In this document: one piece after another, positions 49,658 to 60,937 of the stretch
Layout: every line of letters starts with the position of its first letter
Numbering within the stretch: position 1 is the first letter of the stretch
Origin: Macrostomum lignano
Lineage: Eukaryota
Assembly: GCA_002269645.1 (NCBI GenBank)
Contig: NIVC01001739.1
Span: forward strand, 73,727-137,726
Direction of reading: 5' to 3'
Length of the DNA: 64,000 nt
Notes under the pieces: generated by a model
What the model was told of the DNA's origin: nothing
What the model saw: the letters and a program-made list of their open reading frames with translations, nothing else
Databases searched by the model: none
Translations under genes and position numbers: made by a program

Positions 49658-52600
49658 CTTCAGCCCGCCACCCTGCAGAAAGTTGCCCAACGATTCGTCG
49701 ACAATCGAGCCGCGCCGTTCTCGCATCTCCAAGCCGCCTGAAGAGGACGAAGAAGACATCGCGTAGCCTGTGGTGGCAGCACTTCGAGATGCTCCACCAC
49801 CGCCGCCGCCACCTCCGTAAGTAGTCACGGAAACTGAAAATCTGTCCCCGCCGCCTCTGCCTCCTGAATAAGCTGAGTGATAGGCAGCATTCGACGCCAT
49901 CATGCTAGCGCCTCCGCTTCCACCGCCACCAGCCGCGTAGCTTCCAACTCCGTTTCTTTGCATTGCCGACGACTCCCTGAAAAAGGCCTGGCCACCAGCG
50001 CCGCCGCCTGAGTACTGCTGAGCCATGTAGCTGTAGCCGCCTCCGCCGCCACCGCTATGGCCACCAGTGTAGCCGCCTCCGCCTCCACCGCTATGGCCAC
50101 CAGTGTAGCCAGCTCCTCCGCCTCCACCACTATGACCACCAGTGTAGCCAGCTCCTCCGCCGCTGCTATATGCCGACTGCTGCACCGCTTGATAGGCGCC
50201 GCCGTGCGACTGGCTTGCCGAGCTGCCAAAACCGTTGCTCATGTTTACTGCTGAGCTCGCTTCTGGCTTGACGAAAGTTTCCTTCACCACATATCCGCCG
50301 CCTCCGCCGCCTCCGCTTCTAGCGGCCGCCGCCATTGCTGAACTCTTACTGTGTGATTGGCTTGTCGTCACTGACGTTTCCGTCTGCTGGACGATAGCGC
50401 CACCCTGTCCTGCTGCCGTCAGCGGCGTCTGCTGGTACGGAGGCGGCGCAGACTGCTGGTCCTCGATTACGTCATAATTGTCAATGGTTTCATTTGTAGT
50501 TGTTGTTGTTTGTATTATTGTCTTCTTTGGAAAGAAAATCGGATCTGACGGTGGTGGTAGCGCAGGCATCGGGCGGGGCGCGGCGGACTGCAGGCCTGAA
50601 GCCGACTGCGGTACCAAGGTGGGTTGAGCAGCTTGAGCTGGGCTGTTCCTGCGGGAGTTAGGTGCGACTTGTCACTTATGGACTGCTACGCAAAGGCAAA
50701 CGCGCTACACTTTGACACTGGGATAATGCTAAAAACGATAAATTCTTTCAGATATCCTAACAAAAGTCACGCTGGTAGGAATAAAAAAACGTAAATGAAG
50801 TCATTGCTTTCATGATAGTTTAGGTGCATTGGAGGCCAACAAGCGAGCACTTTGAATGGATTCTGGTCGGATTTATCTATGCAGAAAGCGAATACAGTTT
50901 GATGAATTTGTTAAAATGTTAAATATAGTAATCAATAATTACCTTGCAGCAATGAGACTTCCCACCAGAGCCAGTCCAGTTGTCAGTCCAATCATGCCGA
51001 TGATTCCGGTTAGAATGACCACTGGAAATAACAATAGCAGTGCAATGTTTATTTATTGTGGAAGACGTACTCAAGCCCAAATCGACTCCCACTCTAACAA
51101 TATTATTCTGCTAAAGTATTCATAAAATATTAAATTTTACTCACTGACAGGGTCGGTAGTTCCCGGAGCTGTTACAACCGTGGGTGAAGCTGAAAATTCA
51201 GTTAGATACAGCTGTTAGTTTTACTGGGTGTCTTAAAAAATTATTAGTTATAAGTTACTCACAGCACATTGGTATGTTGCAATTCTCCCTCGTTGTGGCA
51301 TCCACGTAGCACCAGGGTCCCGTGGTGGATCCGTCCGGATTCCGGCAGTAGTTACTAGCCGCTGACATGGTGGCAGCGTTGAACATTTGCGGCAGGTAGT
51401 AGGTGTGCAGCGCGGTGTTGCTCGTCCAAGGAATGCAGGTCTTGCCGGAGGCGCTGGTTGACATTGTGCCGGCGTATTCGGTGCCGCTCGTCGACTTCAG
51501 ACAGTTGTCTGTGCCTAAAAGTTTCAAGTTGAGTCAAGTGTCAAGTGCATAGGCAGAGGGGGGCATTGGGGGCCATAGCAGCTCCCAGATAGGACTGGCA
51601 ATCGGCAATTGGGTATGGCTTGGAGTACGAACGTAATCTGAAGAAAAAGATGATCTCAGACTGCTAGAATCTGTGGTATCGCCACGGGCTTCCTGGGATG
51701 TCTTTTGTTCTCTGAAGGCTGTACATATACTCGTAGCTGACGACATAGTGGCGACATTGTTCAAGGTGGTGGTCAAAATTACCGTCCTGCAGTGCAACGC
51801 AAAGATCTGGACGCTTACGCAACCGTTTAAACAACAAGTTGACGCAGCACACGCTGGCCTGCTATGAGCGGGTCACCAGTGCTGCACTGCATCGCCTCGC
51901 CGACTTGGTCTGTCTAAAAGACCTGTTGCATCGTCAGCGACTCCAGCTGGTGGATCACTTTATCCGCGTCGAGTTGTACTGCCCACAGCAGCGGAAGCGT
52001 GGCGGCGTAGCGCGACGTGGCCTACGTTCGCGCCCAGGCCTAGAGGCGGGCCCTGCGACACGGCTCTCATTAAGATTTATCGTCATCTGTTTTCGTTGTT
52101 GGCTTTTTATTTAGAAAGAAAGTTATCCTCAAGGAAATGTACCTAGCGCCAAAATGCCTTCAGAAAAGGAAAGGTATCCAGCGCCTCTTTGCCAGCAGCT
52201 GTGGCGTCAGTGGCGCTTACGCTTTTAGAAAAAGAATGCTTGCATGAGCAGTATTGGTATCTTGCAAACATAGGCTAAACTCACTGGCACTGGCAGTAGG
52301 AGCTACAGTTGTAACTCCCGTACAGTAGGGAACGTTGCAGTAATCCCAAGTGCTTCCTGTGCCATTGTAGTTGCTCTTGTAGCACCAGGGTCCCCATTTG
52401 TTCTGGTCGGGCGTGCGGCAGTAGTTTTTTGCCAGCTCAGCTGAGCCATCTGGAAACCAGCCGCTTGTCGAGTAGGGATGACTGACAGGAAACTTGCTGA
52501 CCCACGACTGGCAGGGAACGTTTAGTCGAGTCACTGACACGGTACCGGCGTAGTACAGGCCCTGTGTGTCGGTCATGCAGACTGAAGCGCGGTTTAGGGA

Positions 52601-55166
52601 GGGTTTTGTTAGATTTGAGGCACTGTAAATCTTTATGAGATTTATCTGTATGAATTCCATGGGCCCAGTATGAAACTTTAAAAATACGAACTCCCGCCTG
52701 AGAAACTTTAAAAACTCGTTTGAAATCTTCCTGCAAAGCTTTCCTGAATTACAGGGAGAACCGTTCAGATTTTACGTAAGTCTAGGTCGAAAACAATTAG
52801 ATCACGATATCGTAATCCTTTCTACTCCTTCGTCTCTGCGTACAGCTGTTCAATCCAAGGACTGGGTGTTGCCACACACCCTCAGTTACCCCTGTTAACA
52901 TTATTAAAAACAGACCAGTAGTCGTTAAGTAGTTAGGCTGTAACCGAAAAGTACAAAGACAAGTACGACGTAGTCGAATGTTTTGTAGTAAAATAACTTG
53001 CATAAGCACTTGCATACGCGTAGCTAAACAAAACGCCAAAAAGAGTTGATATCGACGACAACAAGTTTACCAGTCAAGTAGCAGGGATTGGCGCAGTACT
53101 GCTTCGTCCCAGCAACCGTTGGGCACCACGGCCCGGTGATGTCGTTGTCAGGATTGCGGCAGTAATCGGCGGCTGCGTCCAGAGTCAGATCGGGCATGAC
53201 TCCCGGGTGAAACAGCGGCTGGCTAATTATCGCTGAGCTGGTGGGCGGCACCACCTTGGAGTTGTACCAGTCGGACGATCGGCTCGAGTACACGCTTGAC
53301 CATCTGGCGCAGCCGCTGTACGTGATCAGATCCTTGTACCTGTAGCTGTCAGACTGAGGGCTGGGACACCCGTTGATCGGCACTGAATGGGGATGATTTC
53401 AGTTTTTTGCATTGTAACAGTCAACAGAGGGCAAATGCACGTGGCTCACTTGCTAAATTTGGCTTTGTGTCCTAAGTCTTTTGATTTTACATTCGATTAT
53501 GTAAATACAATAGTAAAAAATGATGACGTTTCAAGTAAATTTCGTAAGCTCGTTGCCTCTGTAAGGATCTGATTCGAACTCACCGCACACAGGTACAACG
53601 CACGGCTCCCAATCGGTTGTGCTCACTAGGCACCAGAGACCAACCGGGCTATTGTTGGGATTTCTGCAGTAATTGTTCGCGGCACTGATGGTCTCGCCAG
53701 ACACTGGCCAGGTAGCAGCTGTGTAAACACCGGGAGCTGAGTCCCACCGGATGCAGGTCTTGCCTGTGACGGAAGTTGACTGGTTGCCACGATAACTGGT
53801 GCCAAGTCGGTCTGTCCGGCAGCCTCCGGGGTTCACCTGCGAGCAGAAAGGTATGCTGCAGTTGGAAGGCGTCGGAGTTCCTCCGACGTTAGTCACGCAC
53901 CAGGGCACGAAGTTTATCGATGATGGATTGCTTCTGCAATGCGAAATAGATTTTTGACGCGTGTGCAGCTAAATTTACGTACATTGGTTTTCCATGGAAA
54001 GCAAAAATCGTGCTGATTAAACTCACAGAAGGCCTCTAGTTTTTGCTGAAAAATGCATTGGCACTAACTAGCACTCTCTCCTAAGCTACGAGCTGACTTC
54101 GGAGTTAAAATGACAAAAAATTACCAAGCTATTTCCTGCAGAAATATGTGACGGAAGACGGGAAAGCAAGAAAAGCTTAGACAAAATGGGGTTTCCATGT
54201 CATCAAAGCAATGTTGATACACATCTGCTTACACATCGACCGCGATGTTACGACAGACACTCCCGGGAATAGTGGCATCCGCAGTAAACAAAGGAGTGTA
54301 GTTGGCAGGATAGATGCTCGACCACGACAGGCACGGGCTGCCTGATGTACTCTGCGAAATGGCTCCGTTGTATTCGGTTCCAGTGACGGTCTCCCGGCAG
54401 GTTTTGGCTGGAAGTAATGTAGTGTGCTTTGATTAATTGGCATGTGATTAAGTCTCTTCTTAAGCTTCAGTTTTGCCTTCAGCTGTGCAAACTTACAGCA
54501 CACGGGGATGCCATCGCAGAAGTCGTAGTTTGCGGCAACTCCACACGATCCAGCGACAATGTAGCACCAGGGTCTGTCGGTGTCGGCGCCAGGGTTTCTG
54601 CATTTATTGCCAGCAGCGGCTTTGCTGCCGTCCGGGAAAGTGGAGTCCGCATACCGGGTGTTGATGGCATCAGTCCATGGTCTGCAGGTGCATCCGCTTG
54701 TGGTGGTGCTGATGTTGCCCTTGTAGAAGAAGCCAGCTCTGTTGGTTCTGCAGTCTGATGGAATGGTCAAAGTCCTCGTTAATAGTTTATACTCGTCCCG
54801 AAATATTTTAGAGAGATAGGAATGCTATTCAATGTCTTTAGATTAGTACTAAATGTACTATATTACTCTACGGATAATTTCAATCGAAGCTACATGTATT
54901 CCAAGCATGGGATGGCGAGCGATTGTTTTCAAAAATCTATATACATGTACACATTTTCTCGCTACGAGGTGTAAGACTTTGAGAGAGCATCTAGTAACGA
55001 AAACTGACTTTTGAGTTAGTTCAATTTGATCCAATTTTTGTTAAAATCCGGTATTAATCTATCAAAAATCAGTTTGCTTACCCTGTGCTGTTGCTGACTG
55101 AATTGACACTGCTAGCAATAGCAGGAAACTCGCTACACCAGTCAAAATCGACATCAAAGAATTCAT
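49652..55166 (-). CDS. Six-kringle type I membrane protein, paralog A; exons 55166-55082, 54754-54497, 54407-54233, 53933-53584, 53382-53071, 52581-52285, 51514-51263, 51189-51145, 51021-50943, 50648-49652
   Basis: Signal peptide MNSLMSILTGVASFLLLLAVSIQSATAQ; six kringles; TM VILTGIIGMIGLTTGLALVGSLIAA; Gly/Ser/Tyr-rich tail. Exon phases match paralog B. Confidence 0.88.
51830..52090 (+). mobile_element. Short 3'-end fragment of the same RTE-like LINE family, in a kringle A intron
   Basis: GGATCACTTTATCCGCGTCGAGTTGTACTGCCCACAGC and GCGACGTGGCCTACGTTCGCGCCCAGGCC resemble the reverse complement of ~47420-47610. Confidence 0.6.
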
Positions 55167-55834
55167 ATGAATTTTTGATCAAGTCTAAGCAGGAAAGAAC
55201 GAGTCTGAGTTCGACTTGCATTTGCGTCGAGCAATTTAGCTACTGGGTGTTGCCCTGCACGGGCTGTGTGGGAAAATTTCTGCTTTTACAAGAGCAACTT
55301 TAGCGATGCAGTTCAGTTTGACAGCTCACTCTAGTACACTTACACACGCAATGACGTCAAACGTTTGTTTCGGAGAAACTGCAATTCTCGCCCTGTTTAT
55401 TGTCGAATGCAAGCATATGCTCTGCACTATCCAGTTTTATGATGCGTTGTTACGCAAATTACGACATTTTTTTATTGCAGAGGACACTTCTGCGACAATA
55501 AAATTCGACTAAGCATACTAACTGCATTCTGTAAGTAGCCTTTAAAAGTGCAAAAATGCAAAATATTCTAGTATTGTATAAGCGAGTCATGCTCTGATAG
55601 TTTGAGAAAACGTGGAGACTTAGAGTAGCACGAACTGCCCTGGAACTAACAAAGGACTAACAAACTCCTAGTCCTTTTATCGTTGCCAAGTAGCGATCAC
55701 TGCGTTTTAAAATGCTTTGGCACCAAAAGTGTTCAAATTGAGTCTGCCAGTTTGCAGCAAAGCTTTGTTTTGTTTGCTGAGATGCCTTCCATTGCTTATG
55801 GGCGAGTACCTAAATGTGCATACAGGTCTCTTGT

Positions 55835-57105
55835 CTTGACTTACTTGACTTAGCTGCAGGGGGCGTCCGGCGGATGCAGCGAGGAGGCGGAGGAGACCGC
55901 CCATTCCGCTAGCCCCTGGCGACCAACGACTTCCGTTGAAGTGGTGTCGCTCAGGGGGACCCGTCGGTCTCGCCTGCAGCGCGGTCCTCCTCACCGACGG
56001 TGGGGAAGAAATCAGCTCGTCCGGTGTCCCTGAGGTACCGGGCGAGCAGCGGGATGCTCTCGGGCCTGCAAACGTCGGAGAGAACCGGGTTTGGCCCGAG
56101 GTGAGTAAGCCTGGCCCTGGTGAAAACCGGGCAGTGGCAGATAAAATGCTCGGCGTTTTCACTGCCTGAGCGGCAGAAGGGGCACCGCTCCTCGGGTACT
56201 TGGCCCTGAAGGAAGCGGTGGCGAGAGAAGCAGCCATGCCCGGAGAGGGCCATGCTAACTGCTCTGAGGTCTCTGCGGTTGAGCCTGAGGAGGGCTCTAC
56301 GCAGGAGAGGAGAGGGACAGGGGACGGCAGCACGGGATTGCCTACAATTCCGGGTGTCGTACCACCTGCGGAGATGCTCGGAGTCAGCCCAGCGCTTAAC
56401 GCGGGAATTGATCACCGAGGCGGGGATGGGGGCACCCGGGCCCGGCCCCAATAGCGCGCCGGCGGAGCCAGCCTTGGCCAGCAGGTCAGCGCGCTCGTTG
56501 CCGAGGAAGCCGGCGTGGCCCGGGATCCATCTGAGCTCCACCTGGTTGCCTAGCGCAAGCCCGTTGAGCTGGGTGTTGCAGTCCAGGACGGACCTGGAGC
56601 TGGCGGTGCTGCGGCAGAGGGCCCGAAGGGCTGCTTGGCTGTCAGAGTGAAAAATAAATTTCCGGCCGCTAAGCTGCCTTCGGCGCAGCTCTGCCGCGCA
56701 GGAGCTGATGGCAAGCACCTCGCTCTGAAAAACACTGGAGTTGAGCCCAGTGTGCTGGGAGTAGCTCCACACCACTTCTCCCTTGAAGAAGACGCAAGCT
56801 CCGAAGCCTGAAAGACCATGCCTCATAGAGCCGTCAGTGTAACAGTGGACTTCAGAGTCGCTCCAGCTGTCACTCGCCTCGTGTCGAGGCTGAATGGTGA
56901 CCTTATACCTTTGGCTCAGGAGAAGGGTGGCTGGGATCGAGTCCGTGAGGATGTTGAGCCCGCCACACTCCTCGAGAGCCTTGAGGCAGAGGTCAGAGTG
57001 CGGGATAAGCGACCGCTTCTTAAAGGCCCGCACTTTCTTGAAGGCCACCCCAGCATCCAGAAGACGCCGGGTGCTCTTCGCCGCCTCTCCTTTGATATAA
57101 ATATA
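55835..57105 (-). mobile_element. 5'-truncated non-LTR retrotransposon with intact RNase H + CCHC finger (R1/LOA/I-group-like)
   Basis: YTDGS...VFQSEVLAI...FHSDSQAAL...WIPGHAGFLGNERADLLAK; [18 protein letters not shown]; AAGTC/AAGT-type tail; 11-bp TSD AGGTCTCTTGT at 55824-55834 and 57106-57116. Confidence 0.92.
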
Positions 57106-57589
57106 AGGTCTCTTGTACTCGTCATTTAGTTTTTCTTGGAAACAAAGCTGGCTCAACACAAGACATGAGCTGTTTAAACTAAGCAGAACTATAGCTGCAT
57201 GTATACATTCGAACAAACTTTTTTATGGACGATGAGCAATAAGCAGAACTAAAACAATAAGATTAGAAATTACAGAATACGTTGAGTCGAATAAGATTTT
57301 CTATAGGCCACTTTCAAGTTATTCAACCAAGCATTGCACTCCTTTGGTCAATGAATCAGATGATTTATATTTAATTTATACAAACACCGCGAGCAATTAA
57401 CGACTTGGCTGAATTCGACTTCGACTGATCTAAAAAGCTTGCAACCTGAGGTTCTGTATTAAGTTTAATTTTAAATTCTGAGGAGGTGAGTAGATTACAA
57501 CTCTGAACAAAAAGGATGCCATTTTAAGGTGTTGTTGTTGGATACAGTAAGTGGAATGCATTGGACCTTGTGAAGGAAGAAAGGATCGA

Positions 57590-57962
57590 GATGAAGGAGC
57601 CAAAGATACAAGAACAAGAAAGTTGATAAGCAGAGAGGAGAGGAGAAGAGGGAGATGAGATAAGGGAGAGAAGAGAGGGGAGAAGGAAGAGAAAATAAGA
57701 GAGAGGAGAGAAAAGAGCGAAAAGAGAAGATAGAAGAGAAGGGAGAGAATGGGGAAGAGAGAATGGAGAGAAGGGAGAGGAGAAGGAAGAGAAGAGAAGG
57801 GCCAGGGAGAAGAGAAGGGAGAGGACGAGAAAAGAAGGGAAATGAGAAAGGGAAGAGAAGGGTCGAGGAGAATGAAGAGGAGAGAAGGGAGAGGAGAAGG
57901 AATTGAGAGAAAAGGAAGAGGAGAGAAGAGAGAGAAGCTGGAGAAGAGAAAAGGGAGAAAGC
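57590..57962. repeat. Purine (GA)-rich low-complexity tract
   Basis: Direct reading. Confidence 0.9.
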
Positions 57963-59037
57963 GGCACCGGACACACAACTTGGCGCACCTCTTTAAACGA
58001 CATTCTAATTTATAGAGTGAAGTGCTTTGGTTACAAAGGTCGGGCGCCAGCGGGTTTCAACTTGGTTGGATAAAGGCGTAGATCACTATATGCCTAACAG
58101 GATTCAAGAGTTAATGTACAACCGTCAGATCTTGGAAGGAGAGGTAGGCGATCATTCGGGAGAGCGCTAATAGCTCGTACATGTACACCTCACGGCGACA
58201 ATTAAGGCAAAACAATTGACAAGAAACACTCCTCTTGACCAAACGTCGAAGAAGGGGGAAGTGAGTTGAAAAACGGGGATGACGACCGCGCGGGTGCACC
58301 GACAGAAGGGGAGGTGGTCCCACCCAAGTGTGTAGTTGTCCCGTACTCCAGCGGCAGTTCAGATTCGGAGCCTTGATCGGTCGATCAATTTTGATTGGCT
58401 AAAGCGGTTTGTTGAAATAAACGCCAACTTTTTGATCGGCTGAGACCGAACCCATCCAACGAAAATTGATCCTATTATGCCCCGAGGGGTCCCAAAGAGA
58501 TGTCAGGTGTGCGTGTGCGCTTAAATTATAGAAAAGTGCAGATTAGATACATAAAATTAAAGAGACAGAATGAATGAAGAAACTGAAGAACACCCAGAGC
58601 TTTCTACTTACATGTGCATTAAGGTACTAACAGTAGAATAATTGGGCCCTAAAATTCACGAGTGATTATGTCCGAAGAATTCATCCTCATAATTTTAATA
58701 TCTATACCCATTGTTTGCTAATAAAACTGTTGTTGAACTGCCTAAACTAGACTTCAGTTTTGCAGTTACATCCATGCATTAGATTCTGGAATTCGAATCA
58801 AGAAATTCTCTCAATAAAATTTCCCGTAAAGATTAAAAAAGCTATAATATATGAAAGCTTTTTTCTGCTGAAATAGGACTTATTCTGTTTTACGAACCGA
58901 TTCTCGTAAAAAGGCTAAGTCTGTGCGAACAACTTATTGGCGCAAATTTGAATTAGATTTAATTTATGAACGAACGTTATTGAATTCATATTGGTTAGGC
59001 CCACAGACCATATAGAATATAGACTGCGAAGTATACA

Positions 59038-59158
59038 TTCTCCTCCTTTTCCCAGTGTGGCTATGGAAAAGAAAGTCCTCGGATGATATTCTCAAGGCCT
59101 CGGCTTCGCCGGCCTGAGAAATGCATCCTCGGACTTACTTTTGGAAAAAGGAGGAGAA
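59038..59158. other. Imperfect ~120-bp palindrome/hairpin just left of the Crypton ORF
   Basis: TTCTCCTCCTTTTCC pairs with GGAAAAAGGAGGAGAA; inner arms AAGTCC..GGATG..TTCTCA.GGCC; apex CGGC-TTC-GCCG. Confidence 0.8.
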
Positions 59159-59163
59159 AATAT

Positions 59164-60865
59164 TTAACCTACTAAAAGCAAAATACGCATCAATATCCAG
59201 TACAGTTAGTCTATGGCACAAGCTATGTGACTGACTGGCTAAAGTGTTATAAATCGTCTACCTAGATGGAGCACTGAGCAGTCCATCCATTTGCATATAT
59301 AATAGAACCATGGAAAACGACTTAGATCTAGTGCTACGATATTTTGAAAGTAAAGAATCCGCTGCAACGAATCCTGCTGCTGGTAGTGATCGATTCGCTA
59401 CGCTCTCGACTGACGAAATACAAGGGAAGCTGGACGCTGCTATCCCACCAAATACGCGAAGGAAGGAACTATGGGCTGTAAGAATTTTTGACCAGTGGTT
59501 TGAGCAGCGACACAATCGAATTCTACATGGTGATACAACTGGCCTTCTCGTGTTGAAGGAGCGTCATGAATGGAACGCTTGCGATTGGAACTATCTATTA
59601 AAGATGTTCATTCTCGAGGTGCGAAAAGTCGATGGCACTAAATACAATGCTACGACCCTTAGGGACATATTTTCCATGATGCAACACTATCTGCAGTACA
59701 CGCTCAAGAAAGAACTGAATCTCTGGAAGGACGCTGCGTGCAGGGATGCAAGAATGGCATTGGATGCTGCCATGAAAGAAGCTACTAGAGAGGGCCTAGT
59801 TCCGGGGACAAATGCGTCTAGCCCAATTCCCGCAACTCTGGAGGAGGAGTTGTGGCAGAAAGGACGTCTTGCAACAACGTCGCCGAAATTACTGCTGTTT
59901 ACGCTTGTGTTCTACCTTGGCAAGCAGTTCGCTTTGCGTGGAGGCACGGAGCTGCATGGTCTGAGATATAGCTGCGAGATCCAGTTGCAGCATGAAGACG
60001 GTCAAGAACTTCTAGTTTACTGTGAGAACAGAGCCACGAAGACCAACAACGCTGGCATAAAGCGACGTTTTGTTCCATTGAAAACCGTTAAAGCATCTCA
60101 TACTGCTGATCATGATAGATGTCTACCCTGCATCTACAAGCTGTATGTGGACAAAAGACCGGAAAACTGTACGGTTCAGAATTTGTTCCTGGCTTGGATG
60201 CGTAGCGATGCCAGCATCCAGCAAGGCAGGTGGTACCAAAACGCACCCGTCGGCCGGCACAGCTTGGACGGTATTGTTCGTGAATTAACGGCTCCCCTAA
60301 CTGGAGTGACTGAAAGGTACACTAATCAGTCTCTACGCAAGACTTGCGCAAGTACTCTACACCGTGCTGGCTTTGCTAGAGAGGACATCGCTCGTGTTAC
60401 AGGACACTCTTCGACAGCTATTGAGCGCTATATTCAGTTTGACGTACAAGACCATGTTAAAGTATCGCATGCTCTTCAATCTGGTGGTCAGTCATCAAGT
60501 CTGTCTATTGACACCGAGCCTGAACGCTCTGTTGAAGCTATGGAACAAAGTAACGTAGTGACTGCTAATCCTGCAAAGAAAATGAGGCTTAACATCAATG
60601 GTAACACCAACACCGTTGAAATCGTTTTTGAGTGAGTGCTTACAAGACGCTTCTAAATCTTACTATTTGAACTTCCTGTTGTTGGTTTACATTTGTTAAA
60701 TACAACTGTTTATAGCAGGACTGAGAACTATTTCTCAGGCCTCGTTTGGGGACGAGAAATGGTTCTCAGTCCTCCTACAACCGATAAATTACCATAGAAG
60801 TTGTTGTTCCTCGGGAAAAGGATGAGACTGCGAAAGAGGCGAGAAATGCACTTTCTGTAGGTTAA
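59164..60865 (+). mobile_element. Crypton DNA transposon (boundaries putative)
   Basis: TTAACCTACTAAAAG at the left; CTTTCTGTAGGTTAA at the right; internal hairpin 60717-60773; encloses the recombinase ORF. Confidence 0.6.
59310..60635 (+). CDS. Crypton tyrosine recombinase (DUF3504; related to KCTD1/ZMYM/QRICH1 domains), 441 aa, uninterrupted
   Basis: IPPNTRRKELWAVRIF; FILEVRKVDGTKY; GKQFALRGG (R); KTNNAG (K); TNQSLRKT (H>Q, R); TGH (H); ERY (Y). Confidence 0.9.
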   Translation: MENDLDLVLRYFESKESAATNPAAGSDRFATLSTDEIQGKLDAAIPPNTRRKELWAVRIFDQWFEQRHNRILHGDTTGLLVLKERHEWNACDWNYLLKMFILEVRKVDGTKYNATTLRDIFSMMQHYLQYTLKKELNLWKDAACRDARMALDAAMKEATREGLVPGTNASSPIPATLEEELWQKGRLATTSPKLLLFTLVFYLGKQFALRGGTELHGLRYSCEIQLQHEDGQELLVYCENRATKTNNAGIKRRFVPLKTVKASHTADHDRCLPCIYKLYVDKRPENCTVQNLFLAWMRSDASIQQGRWYQNAPVGRHSLDGIVRELTAPLTGVTERYTNQSLRKTCASTLHRAGFAREDIARVTGHSSTAIERYIQFDVQDHVKVSHALQSGGQSSSLSIDTEPERSVEAMEQSNVVTANPAKKMRLNINGNTNTVEIVFE

Positions 60866-60937
60866 TCTTAGGGGCCTGCCCTAAGAAATTTCCTTGCAAA
60901 AATATCCCGCAAAAAACTCAAACAAGCATTCTTATCA

